Below are positions 10,024-19,364 of a DNA stretch of 64,000 nucleotides, piece after piece. This DNA is from an uncultured Verrucomicrobiota bacterium (GTDB lineage: Bacteria > Verrucomicrobiota > Kiritimatiellia > CAIQIC01 > CAZMXS01). The position numbers were made by a program, and so were the translations under genes. Location of the stretch: assembly GCA_964570325.1 (NCBI GenBank), contig CAZMXS010000001.1, forward strand, positions 96,987 to 160,986, written 5' to 3'. How positions within the stretch are numbered: the first letter of the stretch is position 1; each line of letters begins with the position of its first letter. The notes beneath the pieces were generated by a model. That model did not search any database. It worked only from the letters and a program-made list of their open reading frames with translations, and had not been told where the DNA came from.

Positions 10024-13000
10024 TCAGGCGTCCCACTCGATCATGAACGTGTTGATCGCTCCAGGGAGCACCTCATGCTGCCATTGGCCGGAAAAGACCT
10101 TCGGGCCCTCCATGCGGCAGGTCAAGTGGCCGGTGAAGTTGGTATAAGATACGGGTTCACCTGTGACCCATGCCGGCTGGCCGTTTCTCACTTCCAAGCC
10201 CAACCAGAACCAGCATCCTCCTTTGAAGAAGGATTCCACAAACATATTCTCCCGCAAACTATGAATGGTGAGCAGATGCCCGCCCAAATCGGCGCAGAAC
10301 CGCTGTGCATCCATCCAGGACAACATGCGGGGAATGTGTAGATAACGATGATTGTTGAATTCGACGGACAAGGCTTTCAATTTAGCCCAATCACGCGCCC
10401 GCAAGGCAAGCAGCACGGAGACCTCGCGAGCCTGCGTCTGGTAGCGAAAATCGCGGCTCCATTTCTCTCTCGCGGCCTGATATTCGCGGGTGGGAATGGA
10501 GTCGCAATCAAAGCGGAAATCTTCCGGCGGATGACGAAGAAACGGGGCCAGGCTGGTGAGCGGATTCCGTCCGCAGGACAAGGCCGCCAGTCGCATCTCT
10601 TTCAGGGGAAGAAGATCCCGGATCCGGTTGCGGTGGCAGGTCAGCACGACCAATGGCCTGCCGCGCAGCGGCTCGAGCGATTCGATTTCGTTTTCACTGC
10701 AATGCAGGACGGTCAGTTTCATGCCGCGCAGGGGGTCGAGACTCCGGATTTGACAGCCGCTGCAGTTGAGCGTGGTCAATGGCATCCCGCGCAGGGGCGC
10801 CAAATCAACCACCGGGTTATTATGAAAGATGAAGGAATTGAGCGGCATACCCGAAAGCGGTTCAAGCGAACAGACCCGGTTGGAAAAACAACAAAGGAAG
10901 TTGAGTTTCATGCCGCGAAGGGCGTCGAGGTCCGCCACCATATTGTGGGCTAAATTAAGCGAATGCAACGGCATGCCGCGCAGCGGTTCCAGATCGTGGA
11001 TCGCACAAGCCTCGCAATGGAGAAACTGAAGCGGCATGCCGCGCAGCGGTTCCAAGCTGGAAATCGGATTACCCGCGCATTTAAGCGTGGCCAGCGGCAT
11101 GCCGCGCAGCGGTTCCAAGTCGGCGATTCGGTTGCCGAAGCAGGCCAACGACCGGATCGGCATGCCGCGCAAGGGCGTCAAATCCGCTATATCCGCCTCG
11201 GATATATCCACGCTTAATCCGTCGTTTTCAAGGCAGACCCGGATGCGCCGGCCGGGCCAGGCGCGCGCGAGTTGGGTCTGCCACTCGGGCAGTTGCCGGC
11301 GAAGCTCTTCGTCGCGGCGCGCCCGATCGAGCCCCCGGATGGCCCGCTCCTTCCGATCCGCACGAAGGGAAGAGCGCAGCGTTTCTGCAAAGAGCGATCG
11401 CGCGGCCTCAATCTGCCCGTTCTGCAATTGGCGCTCGGCCAAATCCAACACATCGGCGCGCCAGGGCGGCGTGCGACGGTAGACTCGGATCCGGCGGAAG
11501 CGATAATCCGCGCCCCAGCCCAAAAATCCCAATGCGCCGCGGTTGTCCCCATGCAGCGGATCCGGGTCGGTCACGCGGATTACTTCACGTCCATTAACCA
11601 CCATTCTCAAACAAGCGCCGATCCGTTCGGCCGTAACCTGGTACGTCTGGCCCGGTGCCAGCGGAACCGCCGCTTCACTCCACAATCGCCGGTCCGCGCG
11701 CGAGACAAGGTTGATCGAATTGTCGAACGCGCCATACTCCATTTTATAGCCGCTGGACGGAATCTCCAGAATATGACCGGCACGGATCGCGCTGATGAAT
11801 ACGCCGAGTCCGTTCACACAACCGCCGACCTGCCGCGCCGTGAACTCGATACGCGCATCGCCGAACACATCCTGTTTCAGTAAGAGCACCTGGGGTTCAC
11901 CATGGCTTAAGCGCAATTCGTCTCCGGTCATTTCCAGATCGCCGCCCGCCGCTACCCAGTCGTCAAGGGCGGCGGCGGTTCCAAAGTCGGAAACGACCAC
12001 ATTTTCCCACGCCAACCCGTTTAGATAATCTTCGATGTCGCGCTGCAATTCGCCCACCGACGAATAACGGTTCGCCGGCTCCGGGGCGAGGGCTTTCATC
12101 GCGATATCAGCCAGCGGCCATGGGGCTTGGCGATCCGGGCAGTGATCCAGCGCGTAGTCATTCTCCAGCCGGGTTGTGAGCGGAGTGATCTGGCCGGAAC
12201 ATACTCGTCGCAGATAGTCCGGCAGTTCCTTCTCCTCCACCGGCAGGCGCAACGTAACCAACAAGTAGAGAATGACCCCGAGCGCGAATATGTCGGCCGG
12301 CGGCCCAACCTGGTCCGGCGGCCCGCCAATCTGTTCCGGCGCCATGAACCCGGGCGTCCCTAACAGAACTCCACTGGAAAGCGCGCCATCGAGATGGCGA
12401 GGGAAACGAGGGGGCGCATCGGCAACCGTCTCGACGCCCGAATACCATTCTTTCGCCAGGCCCCAGTCAGTCACCAATACCTCGCCGAAACTTCCTATAA
12501 GAATGTTGTCCGGTTTCAAATCGCGATGAATGATCCCTTTGGAATGCGCAAACGCGACGCCGTCGCAAACCTTCAGCAGGATATGCAGCAACCGTTCCAG
12601 CGGGTAGGTTTCGATCGTGGGGCGATCGCCGGACCGGAGGCGATTGATCACCGCCGTGAGGGTTTCTCCCTCCACCAGTTTCATGACATAGAAAAGGCGT
12701 TGTTGTGAATCGCAGCCCATTTCATAAAGAGGCATGATATGCGCATGGCCAAGCCGGGCGGTGAGTCGGGCTTCCCGAATAAAACGCGCCAAGGTCTGCT
12801 CCGGGGCGTTTGGGTTATGCGGGAGAAATTTGATCGCAACCTTCCGCTCGCACCGTTTATCCCAAGCTTCAAAAACCGTTCCCATACCGCCCTGCGCGAT
12901 CCGGCGAATAAGCTGAAAGCGCCCGCCCCCGGCCACGGCGATTACCCGCGATTCCCGCTTGCACACCGCCACCTGCCGCGGGGCAACAAAACCGGCCTCC

Positions 13001-13107
13001 CGAACCAAACAGGCCAGTTTCCGACTTGGAGCAGGAGGAATCAACCGTATCGGCCAAGATGGGCACGTGGGTTCAGTGGAGTGAATCTGATCTTTTTTTC
13101 TTTTCAA
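10024..13107 (-). CDS. Ser/Thr protein kinase fused to LamG/DUF1080-like domain, ~12 leucine-rich repeats and a C-terminal C-type lectin-like domain
   Basis: Kinase motifs GGMGTVFEA, VAIK, HRDLKPDNIL, DWGLAKE. About 22-aa repeats with consensus LEPLRGMPL. The C-terminus (WMDAQRFCADLGGHLLTIHS...WFWLGL...WVTGEP...FMIEWDA) follows the CTLD pattern. Confidence 0.85.
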   Translation of the reverse strand: MKRKKDQIHSTEPTCPSWPIRLIPPAPSRKLACLVREAGFVAPRQVAVCKRESRVIAVAGGGRFQLIRRIAQGGMGTVFEAWDKRCERKVAIKFLPHNPNAPEQTLARFIREARLTARLGHAHIMPLYEMGCDSQQRLFYVMKLVEGETLTAVINRLRSGDRPTIETYPLERLLHILLKVCDGVAFAHSKGIIHRDLKPDNILIGSFGEVLVTDWGLAKEWYSGVETVADAPPRFPRHLDGALSSGVLLGTPGFMAPEQIGGPPDQVGPPADIFALGVILYLLVTLRLPVEEKELPDYLRRVCSGQITPLTTRLENDYALDHCPDRQAPWPLADIAMKALAPEPANRYSSVGELQRDIEDYLNGLAWENVVVSDFGTAAALDDWVAAGGDLEMTGDELRLSHGEPQVLLLKQDVFGDARIEFTARQVGGCVNGLGVFISAIRAGHILEIPSSGYKMEYGAFDNSINLVSRADRRLWSEAAVPLAPGQTYQVTAERIGACLRMVVNGREVIRVTDPDPLHGDNRGALGFLGWGADYRFRRIRVYRRTPPWRADVLDLAERQLQNGQIEAARSLFAETLRSSLRADRKERAIRGLDRARRDEELRRQLPEWQTQLARAWPGRRIRVCLENDGLSVDISEADIADLTPLRGMPIRSLACFGNRIADLEPLRGMPLATLKCAGNPISSLEPLRGMPLQFLHCEACAIHDLEPLRGMPLHSLNLAHNMVADLDALRGMKLNFLCCFSNRVCSLEPLSGMPLNSFIFHNNPVVDLAPLRGMPLTTLNCSGCQIRSLDPLRGMKLTVLHCSENEIESLEPLRGRPLVVLTCHRNRIRDLLPLKEMRLAALSCGRNPLTSLAPFLRHPPEDFRFDCDSIPTREYQAAREKWSRDFRYQTQAREVSVLLALRARDWAKLKALSVEFNNHRYLHIPRMLSWMDAQRFCADLGGHLLTIHSLRENMFVESFFKGGCWFWLGLEVRNGQPAWVTGEPVSYTNFTGHLTCRMEGPKVFSGQWQHEVLPGAINTFMIEWDA
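10420..11220 (-). repeat. ~66-bp tandem DNA repeats encoding the LRR units
   Basis: Recurring CGGCATGCCGCGCAGCGGTTCCA-like cores about every 66 nt (for example near 10970, 11035, 11100, 11165). They appear as repeated MPRSGS strings in the off-frame ORF track. Confidence 0.6.
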
Positions 13108-13246
13108 TCACGAATCCCAAGCCAGGCGACGAGTATGGGCGCGGGGCCGAACAGGTCAAGCGATAATGCTGACACTGCAACAAGACGGATCACGCTCTTC
13201 ATCGGCGCTTATCCGGATTCCCCGGCCGGACCAACTCGAGCGGCAA

Positions 13247-14620
13247 TCAGTCCGCCTCCGGCAAGCCTTCCGCCTCAAGCCGCGCGCAATACGGGATCAG
13301 GAGCACCAGGCCGGCCAGCATCCAGAACGGCTCCGCGATACGGACGATGATGAAGCTGTTGGTAAACAGGGCATGGGTCATCATTGCCACAATACCCGCA
13401 AAAAATCCCAAGGCCGTCCCTTTCAGGAAGCCATCCTCGGCCGGGCAGGTTGCATAGGCCTGTAACGTGCCGTTGAGCAGCCGCAGGAAAATCATCAGGA
13501 ACGCCGCCAGGCCGATAATGCCGGTCTCGGCCAGCAGGCGCCAGTATTGCCCGTCAATGAAATACGTCCCGGTCACGCCGTGGCCGAAGAGCGGCTTTTT
13601 CAGCCAGGTTTGCACCGCCTCGTCATAAGAGATCACGCGCGCCGAGGCGCTGGGGTCCAGGTCCACGCCGGCCACCTGCACGTGGTACTGCGTGCCCTTC
13701 TCAAACGTGCCGGTGACCCGCCGTTCGACCTTCTCCGGGATCGCGATCAGGCCGACACCGATGGCGGCCGCCACGCCGGCGGTGGCGATCGCGACGCCGA
13801 CCCGCCGCTTGCTGATCACCATGAAGGTGACCAAGCCGGCCAGCAATGCGATATAAGAACTTCGGGAAAGGGTAAACAGGAACGGCGGGAAGGCGAACAG
13901 CGCAAGCGCCGTCAGCAAGCTGCGAACGCGCAGGCGGGGATCGTAAAGAATGATCCCGCCCAGCACACAAAAGACCAGAACCATGTAGCCGCCGAACGTG
14001 TTGGGCTCGGTATCGAACGGAGCGGTGACCCGGATGCCCTGGACAATTTGCAGATAACCGTAGGCGGCGGCGCACAAGAAGACCGCAATCGTGGTCCCGA
14101 CCAGCCGGCGAATCATCTGCGTGCTGCGCACATGGGCCAGGATCATCAAGAACAAGAAGAAGTATTCAAAGTATTTTGCGTTGTGGAACAGGCCGACATC
14201 CAGTTTCACGGTCCGATCCAGCACCCCCAGGAGCGTCGCGATGACGGAAACGGCCATGTAGATGCCGATCGCGCCCAGCACGGGCGTGCGCACGATCCCG
14301 AAACGGCTGCGCAGATAGGCGGAACGTAAGATCCAGCCCAGGCCCACGGCCACGAGCACGACGTCCTCGAGCCGGATCACCACACCGGCGGCGCCCTCGC
14401 CGGTGCCCTTGCCGGTGGCCAGGCCGGAGCCGATTTCCGGACTGAAGAGCGTCGCGATGATCACGATATAGAGCGCCTCGGTGCCGCGCAGGAAAGCAAC
14501 GCCCAGCATGAAGGCAAAGAACAGAATCCCCGCGAGGAACGGCAGGTCTACACGCGACACGTACTGGCTGAGCGCAACCGCCGCGAGGACCGCCAGCAGG
14601 ATTATGAGAATGAAACGCAT
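13247..14620 (-). CDS. O-antigen ligase/polymerase family membrane protein (Wzy/WaaL-like)
   Basis: About 10-12 predicted TM helices with a larger loop. Adjacent to Wzc/Wza homologs. Confidence 0.55.
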   Translation of the reverse strand: MRFILIILLAVLAAVALSQYVSRVDLPFLAGILFFAFMLGVAFLRGTEALYIVIIATLFSPEIGSGLATGKGTGEGAAGVVIRLEDVVLVAVGLGWILRSAYLRSRFGIVRTPVLGAIGIYMAVSVIATLLGVLDRTVKLDVGLFHNAKYFEYFFLFLMILAHVRSTQMIRRLVGTTIAVFLCAAAYGYLQIVQGIRVTAPFDTEPNTFGGYMVLVFCVLGGIILYDPRLRVRSLLTALALFAFPPFLFTLSRSSYIALLAGLVTFMVISKRRVGVAIATAGVAAAIGVGLIAIPEKVERRVTGTFEKGTQYHVQVAGVDLDPSASARVISYDEAVQTWLKKPLFGHGVTGTYFIDGQYWRLLAETGIIGLAAFLMIFLRLLNGTLQAYATCPAEDGFLKGTALGFFAGIVAMMTHALFTNSFIIVRIAEPFWMLAGLVLLIPYCARLEAEGLPEAD

Positions 14621-14711
14621 GGATTTGCCGCCCGCCCCCTAATCCCTGACTCCTGACAACTGATAACTGGCTGCCGATCAGTGCCCACTGATTACCGCCC
14701 ATCGGCCCCGG

Positions 14712-16757
14712 TCATTTCCGTCCCGGCCGGCCGTAGTAGCCGCGGTAATGCTGCAGGTTGGCGTCTTCCGCCCAGGAGGAACGGATATCGTTGAGCACGA
14801 TCCCCATGACGTTCGCGCCGCTCGTATGCAAGAGGCTGAGCGCGCGGCGCATGGATTCGCGGGCCGCCACGCCGACCTGGTACACAACGATCACGGCATC
14901 CACGACCTTTGAGATGATGACGCTATCCGGCACCGGGAGCAACGGCGGAGCATCAATCAGGATCACGTCGAACTGCTCCTTCCATTCCTTGAGCAGGGCC
15001 TCGAACTCCGGCAGGGAAAGCCATTCGGCCGGCTGGTTCGTGCGCCCGCCGGTGCTGATGAAAAACAGGTTGTCCATGCCCGGGGCGGAGGCCAGCCCCT
15101 CGCCCGCCCGCTCGCCCAGCGCGACATCGCGAAAATCCTTGAGCGCCTCGCGCCAGGTGATTTCGCCGGCGAGGATGTTGGCCAGGCCCCGCTCGCGTTC
15201 GAGGCCGAAGATCCGGTCCATTTTCGGGCGGCGCATGTTGGCGCCAACCAGCAACGTCTTCTTGCCCGCCTGCGCGAAGACCACGGCGGTGTTGGTAATC
15301 GTCGTGCTCTTACCCTCGCCCGGTCCGGCGCTGGTCACCAGGAACGTCTTCGCGCCCGACTTGTTCATCGCCAGCAGCAGATTGGTCCGGAGCATCCGGT
15401 AGGCCTCGGTCGCCGGCGCGCGCGGGCCGAACGGCACGATCAGCTCGGGCAGACGCTGGCCGGCCCGGCGGGAGCGGCGGGCAAACAGCCCGAAGAGCGC
15501 CTTCCAGACCATCGCCATCGTGGTGACGATTCGCGAATAGCGGATCCGGTCCACCCAGCCTTCGGGATGCAGGGGCACATCAATCGCGTCCGGCGAGAAA
15601 TGCGGCACTACGGTCAAAACCGGCAGGCCGAACGCGGCCTCAATATCCATCAGCGTGCGCAGGGAAGTGTCCAGGCTGTCGGCGACGAACGCCAGGACCA
15701 GGCCCAGCATCAAGCCCAGCAGGGCGCCGGCCAGCAGCGTGCGGGTGCGCGATTGCTGAATGGGGCGGCCATCGGCGCCGGGTTCAATCACCTGCACCGT
15801 CTCGCTGCGTTTCTGCGCGGCGATCTTGGCCTCCTCCAGCCGCCGGGTGAAGAACAGCCCCATCTCCTCGGAAATGGCCTTGTAGTTCTCGTAATCCTTG
15901 AGCGATGTCTGGCGCGCGAGCTCCGATTCCATGATCCGGTCAATCCGCCCGCTGATCTCGGCCATCTGGGCCTTGATACTCTTGATTTCCGGATATTCCT
16001 CGGTGTAGTTGCCGGTCGCGCGCAGATCCTGAAGGCGTATTTCGAGGGCAATCAGCCGCTCCTTGAGCAAAGTCATCTCGCCGGCCGAGTCGCCGGTGAT
16101 CATACGCGCGCCATACTTCTTCCAGAGCGCCTCTTCCTGCTCCTTCAATCCGTTCATCAGCGTGTCGCGCGAATTCTTGATGGTGTCGTACACCTCCTGC
16201 GCGTTCTCGGTCAGCGACTGGTCGTGGTGGCGGATGAAAGCGGCCACCACCGCCTGGACGCGCTGGAGGGCGGCCGCCGGCGAATTTCCGACCGCGAAAA
16301 TGTCAATCAGGTCGGTGTGCTCGACCTTGGTGGCGCGAACGGATGCCTGCAGGTTCGCGACCTCGGCGGGCGTCGCCGCCGACGGGTTCCGCAGCGCGGC
16401 CGCGGCATTGCTGATAACCACATAGCTGGTGATCTCGTACAAGTAATTCTCGATCGGGTCGCCGCTGGAGACCAGCAACTCATCAAACAGCCCGGCGACG
16501 GTGACGAGACGCTGGATCTTGATGCGCGTCCGGCTCTCGAAAACCGGCTGTTCCCGGCCCGAGTAGTAATGCGTGAAGCCCAGCGTGATCAGGGTCGTCA
16601 GGATGACGTACCACTTGTGCCGAAGCACCACCCGCAAATAGTCGCTCAACACCAATTCGTCGCGCGCCATGTCAACCTTTCCAAACCGCGCCGGCGTCCG
16701 CCACCGGGCTTGTTCAATCGCTGCGCCCCGACAGCCGGTCGTACACCCAGATGCCAT
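14712..16757 (-). CDS. polysaccharide co-polymerase / BY-tyrosine autokinase (Wzc-like)
   Basis: N-terminal TM helix plus Wzz-like coiled-coil domain, a second TM helix, a C-terminal P-loop GPGEGKST, and a Tyr-rich tail HYRGYYGRPG. Confidence 0.85.
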   Translation of the reverse strand: MASGCTTGCRGAAIEQARWRTPARFGKVDMARDELVLSDYLRVVLRHKWYVILTTLITLGFTHYYSGREQPVFESRTRIKIQRLVTVAGLFDELLVSSGDPIENYLYEITSYVVISNAAAALRNPSAATPAEVANLQASVRATKVEHTDLIDIFAVGNSPAAALQRVQAVVAAFIRHHDQSLTENAQEVYDTIKNSRDTLMNGLKEQEEALWKKYGARMITGDSAGEMTLLKERLIALEIRLQDLRATGNYTEEYPEIKSIKAQMAEISGRIDRIMESELARQTSLKDYENYKAISEEMGLFFTRRLEEAKIAAQKRSETVQVIEPGADGRPIQQSRTRTLLAGALLGLMLGLVLAFVADSLDTSLRTLMDIEAAFGLPVLTVVPHFSPDAIDVPLHPEGWVDRIRYSRIVTTMAMVWKALFGLFARRSRRAGQRLPELIVPFGPRAPATEAYRMLRTNLLLAMNKSGAKTFLVTSAGPGEGKSTTITNTAVVFAQAGKKTLLVGANMRRPKMDRIFGLERERGLANILAGEITWREALKDFRDVALGERAGEGLASAPGMDNLFFISTGGRTNQPAEWLSLPEFEALLKEWKEQFDVILIDAPPLLPVPDSVIISKVVDAVIVVYQVGVAARESMRRALSLLHTSGANVMGIVLNDIRSSWAEDANLQHYRGYYGRPGRK

Positions 16758-17541
16758 CGCGGATTGACACCACTGGAGTCAGCAGCGTCGTGATGAAATC
16801 AGCAAGAGAGTAAACCAACCGGGTATCCACAAACAGGGCATCCCGCGGCTCGAGCAGCAAATTTTTGCTCATGTCCCGGCCGGTAAAAATGTCCATCATC
16901 TGGATCCGCAACACCTGGGGCTGCCCGCTGTCGCCGCGCACAAGGAACACATTGGGCTGCGCGCCACGCGCCAGCCCGCCGGCCAGGGTGACGGCATCGC
17001 GCACGCGCATCCCGCCGGAGAGCGGGAACAGCCCCGGATTGGATACGCGGCCCATAACCAGCACATGCTTGCCGAGTTCGACGGAGGCCTGCCCCGCAAA
17101 GCCCTCAACCCGCGCGCGCTCCAGGTTAATCACCACGCTGGCCTCGCTGAGAATCTTGGACAAGGCGGCCTGTAATTCTGCAGTCAACTGCGGAGGGGTT
17201 TTATTCACGATTGCCCAATTGCCGAGGTTGGGCAGGAAAATCGAGCCTGACTCTGGAATGGTGGTCTTGAATGGATAACCGGACAACTGGCTCATCCGGT
17301 CGCGCAACCAGACTTCAATCGTGATCTTGTCGCCGGCATGAATCGCCAGATCCTGCCCCGGCGTAACCGGGACGCCGCCTTCCGGCGCCGACTCCTTCAG
17401 GATCGTCTGCCCCTGCTGCGCGATCAACTCCGCATCGGCGGCGCGATCGGCGGGCGCAACGGCTTTCGGCTTCGGCGCGGCGCAACCGACCGCCAGGCAC
17501 AGCACCCCCAACCATCCCGCGTATGTCCGAAAGTGCTTCAT
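16714..17541 (-). CDS. polysaccharide export outer-membrane lipoprotein (Wza-like, Poly_export + SLBB)
   Basis: Lipoprotein signal with lipobox LAVGC. PGDKITIEVW-type Poly_export motif. Overlaps the Wzc gene by 44 nt. Confidence 0.75.
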   Translation of the reverse strand: MKHFRTYAGWLGVLCLAVGCAAPKPKAVAPADRAADAELIAQQGQTILKESAPEGGVPVTPGQDLAIHAGDKITIEVWLRDRMSQLSGYPFKTTIPESGSIFLPNLGNWAIVNKTPPQLTAELQAALSKILSEASVVINLERARVEGFAGQASVELGKHVLVMGRVSNPGLFPLSGGMRVRDAVTLAGGLARGAQPNVFLVRGDSGQPQVLRIQMMDIFTGRDMSKNLLLEPRDALFVDTRLVYSLADFITTLLTPVVSIRDGIWVYDRLSGRSD

Positions 17542-17570
17542 GGAATCCGTATTGATTGGAACCGCCCGCG

Positions 17571-18716
17571 TCAGGAAACCTTCCGGACCACGGACAGCAC
17601 CACTTCCTCCTTCAAATCAATCAGTTTGGCGATGTCCGGGTGATTGCCCGAACCATCCACCACCACCTTCAGCACCGGCCGCAACGGCAGACCCGCGTTT
17701 TGCTGAACCACCTCGCAAATCGCGTGGTTGTTCAGCTCAACAATCGTACCCACCGGATAGAAACCGCTGAACGAGATGACCCGCTTGAGCAGGTCATAGT
17801 CAAACGCCTTCCGGTACTCCGCGAGGATGTCAAGCAGGTCGCGTGCCTTCTCCCGGCCGGCATCCGCCTTGGATCGGGGGGATTCGAGAAACAGCGAAAC
17901 CGCCAGCAGGTTGGCCACCCCCAGCAACTGGCTCCAGCGCGGGAACTGCTTGCCGGCGATCGCGCCGGGAAACCCCTTGCCGTCCAACCGCTCGTGATGC
18001 TGGGCGATCATCTCAACCACCGGCGCCGGGGCGCCGATCTTGCGGGCGAGCTCGACCCCCTTCATAATATGCTCCGCCAGCGCCGGATTGGCCTCATCGC
18101 GCACCCGGGCCAAGCCATCCTTCATCAACATGAAACCCATATCGTGCAGCAGGCCGGCCGCCCCGAGATCATGCACGGGGAATGGCAACCCTCGCTCGTC
18201 GGCCGCCAAGTCCATCGCCAGCAAAGCCGTATTGATGCTGTGCGCCACCAGGTACTGCAAAGGGTCATCCTCCATTGTACCGGGCCTGATCTCGAAGTTG
18301 ATCACCGCGGCCGAGGTCAGTTGCTGGGCATCGCCGGCAATATGCTTGGCCATCTCCCACAATCCATATTGGTCAGCCGACGGATCGCGGATCTTGTTGA
18401 AAAGGAAGGTCAGCTTGGCCTTCACCTGCTCGGGGGTGATCGCCACCTCGGGCGGCAGCTCAATCCCCAACTCCAACGCCGCCTTGTAAATCGCGGACAT
18501 CCGCTCGCCTTTGTCGGGCGTCACATCCGACACCCAGTTTTTGGGAGCAGCGGCCTCCGGCGTGGACGCAGGGGGCGCCTCAACAGGCGAGGCGACCCCC
18601 GGTGTGGAGCCGGTGGCAGTCGGCGGCGGCACCGAAGCGCCGTTGCGGCCCTTCCCCGATGTTCCCGCATCCTTGATCCAATCGCTCAACCTCATAGGAG
18701 ACGACCTCCCACACAT
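17571..18716 (-). CDS. HD-GYP domain protein (putative c-di-GMP phosphodiesterase)
   Basis: HD motif LLHDMGF and HHERLDGKGFP (matches HHExxDGxGYP). Confidence 0.75.
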   Translation of the reverse strand: MCGRSSPMRLSDWIKDAGTSGKGRNGASVPPPTATGSTPGVASPVEAPPASTPEAAAPKNWVSDVTPDKGERMSAIYKAALELGIELPPEVAITPEQVKAKLTFLFNKIRDPSADQYGLWEMAKHIAGDAQQLTSAAVINFEIRPGTMEDDPLQYLVAHSINTALLAMDLAADERGLPFPVHDLGAAGLLHDMGFMLMKDGLARVRDEANPALAEHIMKGVELARKIGAPAPVVEMIAQHHERLDGKGFPGAIAGKQFPRWSQLLGVANLLAVSLFLESPRSKADAGREKARDLLDILAEYRKAFDYDLLKRVISFSGFYPVGTIVELNNHAICEVVQQNAGLPLRPVLKVVVDGSGNHPDIAKLIDLKEEVVLSVVRKVS

Positions 18717-18750
18717 GCTATCTGGAAATGAAATAGGCGGGGGCTCATGG

Positions 18751-19122
18751 TCAGGCTGACAGTAACCGCTGAATGCTCGCCGTGCTGAAATCCGCCTTGT
18801 TCAGAATGGACTTGGCGCGCTGCAGCAGTTTGAGCTCCTCATCCTCCGAAAGCTTGGCGCCGGTAATAATCACGACATCGGCCTTGGCGTGCAGCGGATA
18901 ATTGCGGATCATATCCAGCAAATCCCACCCGGTGATGTCGGCCATGACCAGGTCCACCAACAAGACATCAAACGGCTCCTGGGCCTCCTTCAGTTTGGCA
19001 ATCGCTTCCTGTCCGCTGCGGGCAAACACCGGGATACTGCCGAACCGTTCCACGATCCGGCTGATGACGGTGCCCACCATCGGCTCGTCGTCAACAATCA
19101 GAACTCTTTTTTTCTGTGCCAT
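18751..19122 (-). CDS. stand-alone response regulator receiver domain (CheY-like)
   Basis: VLIVDDEP, phospho-acceptor context DVLLVDLVM, and a conserved Lys context. Confidence 0.85.
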   Translation of the reverse strand: MAQKKRVLIVDDEPMVGTVISRIVERFGSIPVFARSGQEAIAKLKEAQEPFDVLLVDLVMADITGWDLLDMIRNYPLHAKADVVIITGAKLSEDEELKLLQRAKSILNKADFSTASIQRLLSA

Positions 19123-19238
19123 GGGTCACGCTCAAACCATTTACAATTTGCGATTTGCATTCTGCGATCGAATGTCATAGCCAAACGTCAATTGCCAAAT
19201 AGGGGGCAAAATTCCAAGATATTTTCAGCATCCGTCTT

Positions 19239-19298
19239 TTCCAAGCGAACCTGCGTCATTCGCGCGGCTCCGCGGAGACGCGCCGGTTCGCCTTGGAA
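19239..19298. other. extended imperfect hairpin in the 242-bp intergenic region between the ATPase and receiver genes
   Basis: Outer arms TTCCAAGCGAACC / GGTTCGCCTTGGAA enclose the inner stem GCGTC...GACGC and a CCGCGG palindrome. No adjacent U-tract on the transcribed (minus) strand. Confidence 0.4.
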
Positions 19299-19364
19299 AG
19301 CACAGGTTCCGTTTCCAGTTTCAGGTTTCAACTTTCACCATGCCGCCTTCGCTTATCCTCTCGC

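Noticed and set aside
10420-11220. Possible CRISPR-like array suggested by periodic ~65-bp repeats (also 55640..56300)
   Set aside because: The repeats lie inside long ORFs and encode in-frame LRR units. There are no unique spacers of constant length between identical repeats and no cas genes. They are protein-coding tandem repeats.
15567-16793. Long plus-strand ORFs (15567..16793, 17556..18731, 36029..37153, 13547..14329, 56510..57562, 60354..61133)
   Set aside because: All are antisense to well-supported genes (Wzc, HD-GYP, the WecA-like transferase, the Wzy-like protein, the kinase paralog, RsmB). Their Arg/Gly/Gln-rich shadow-frame composition has no motifs.
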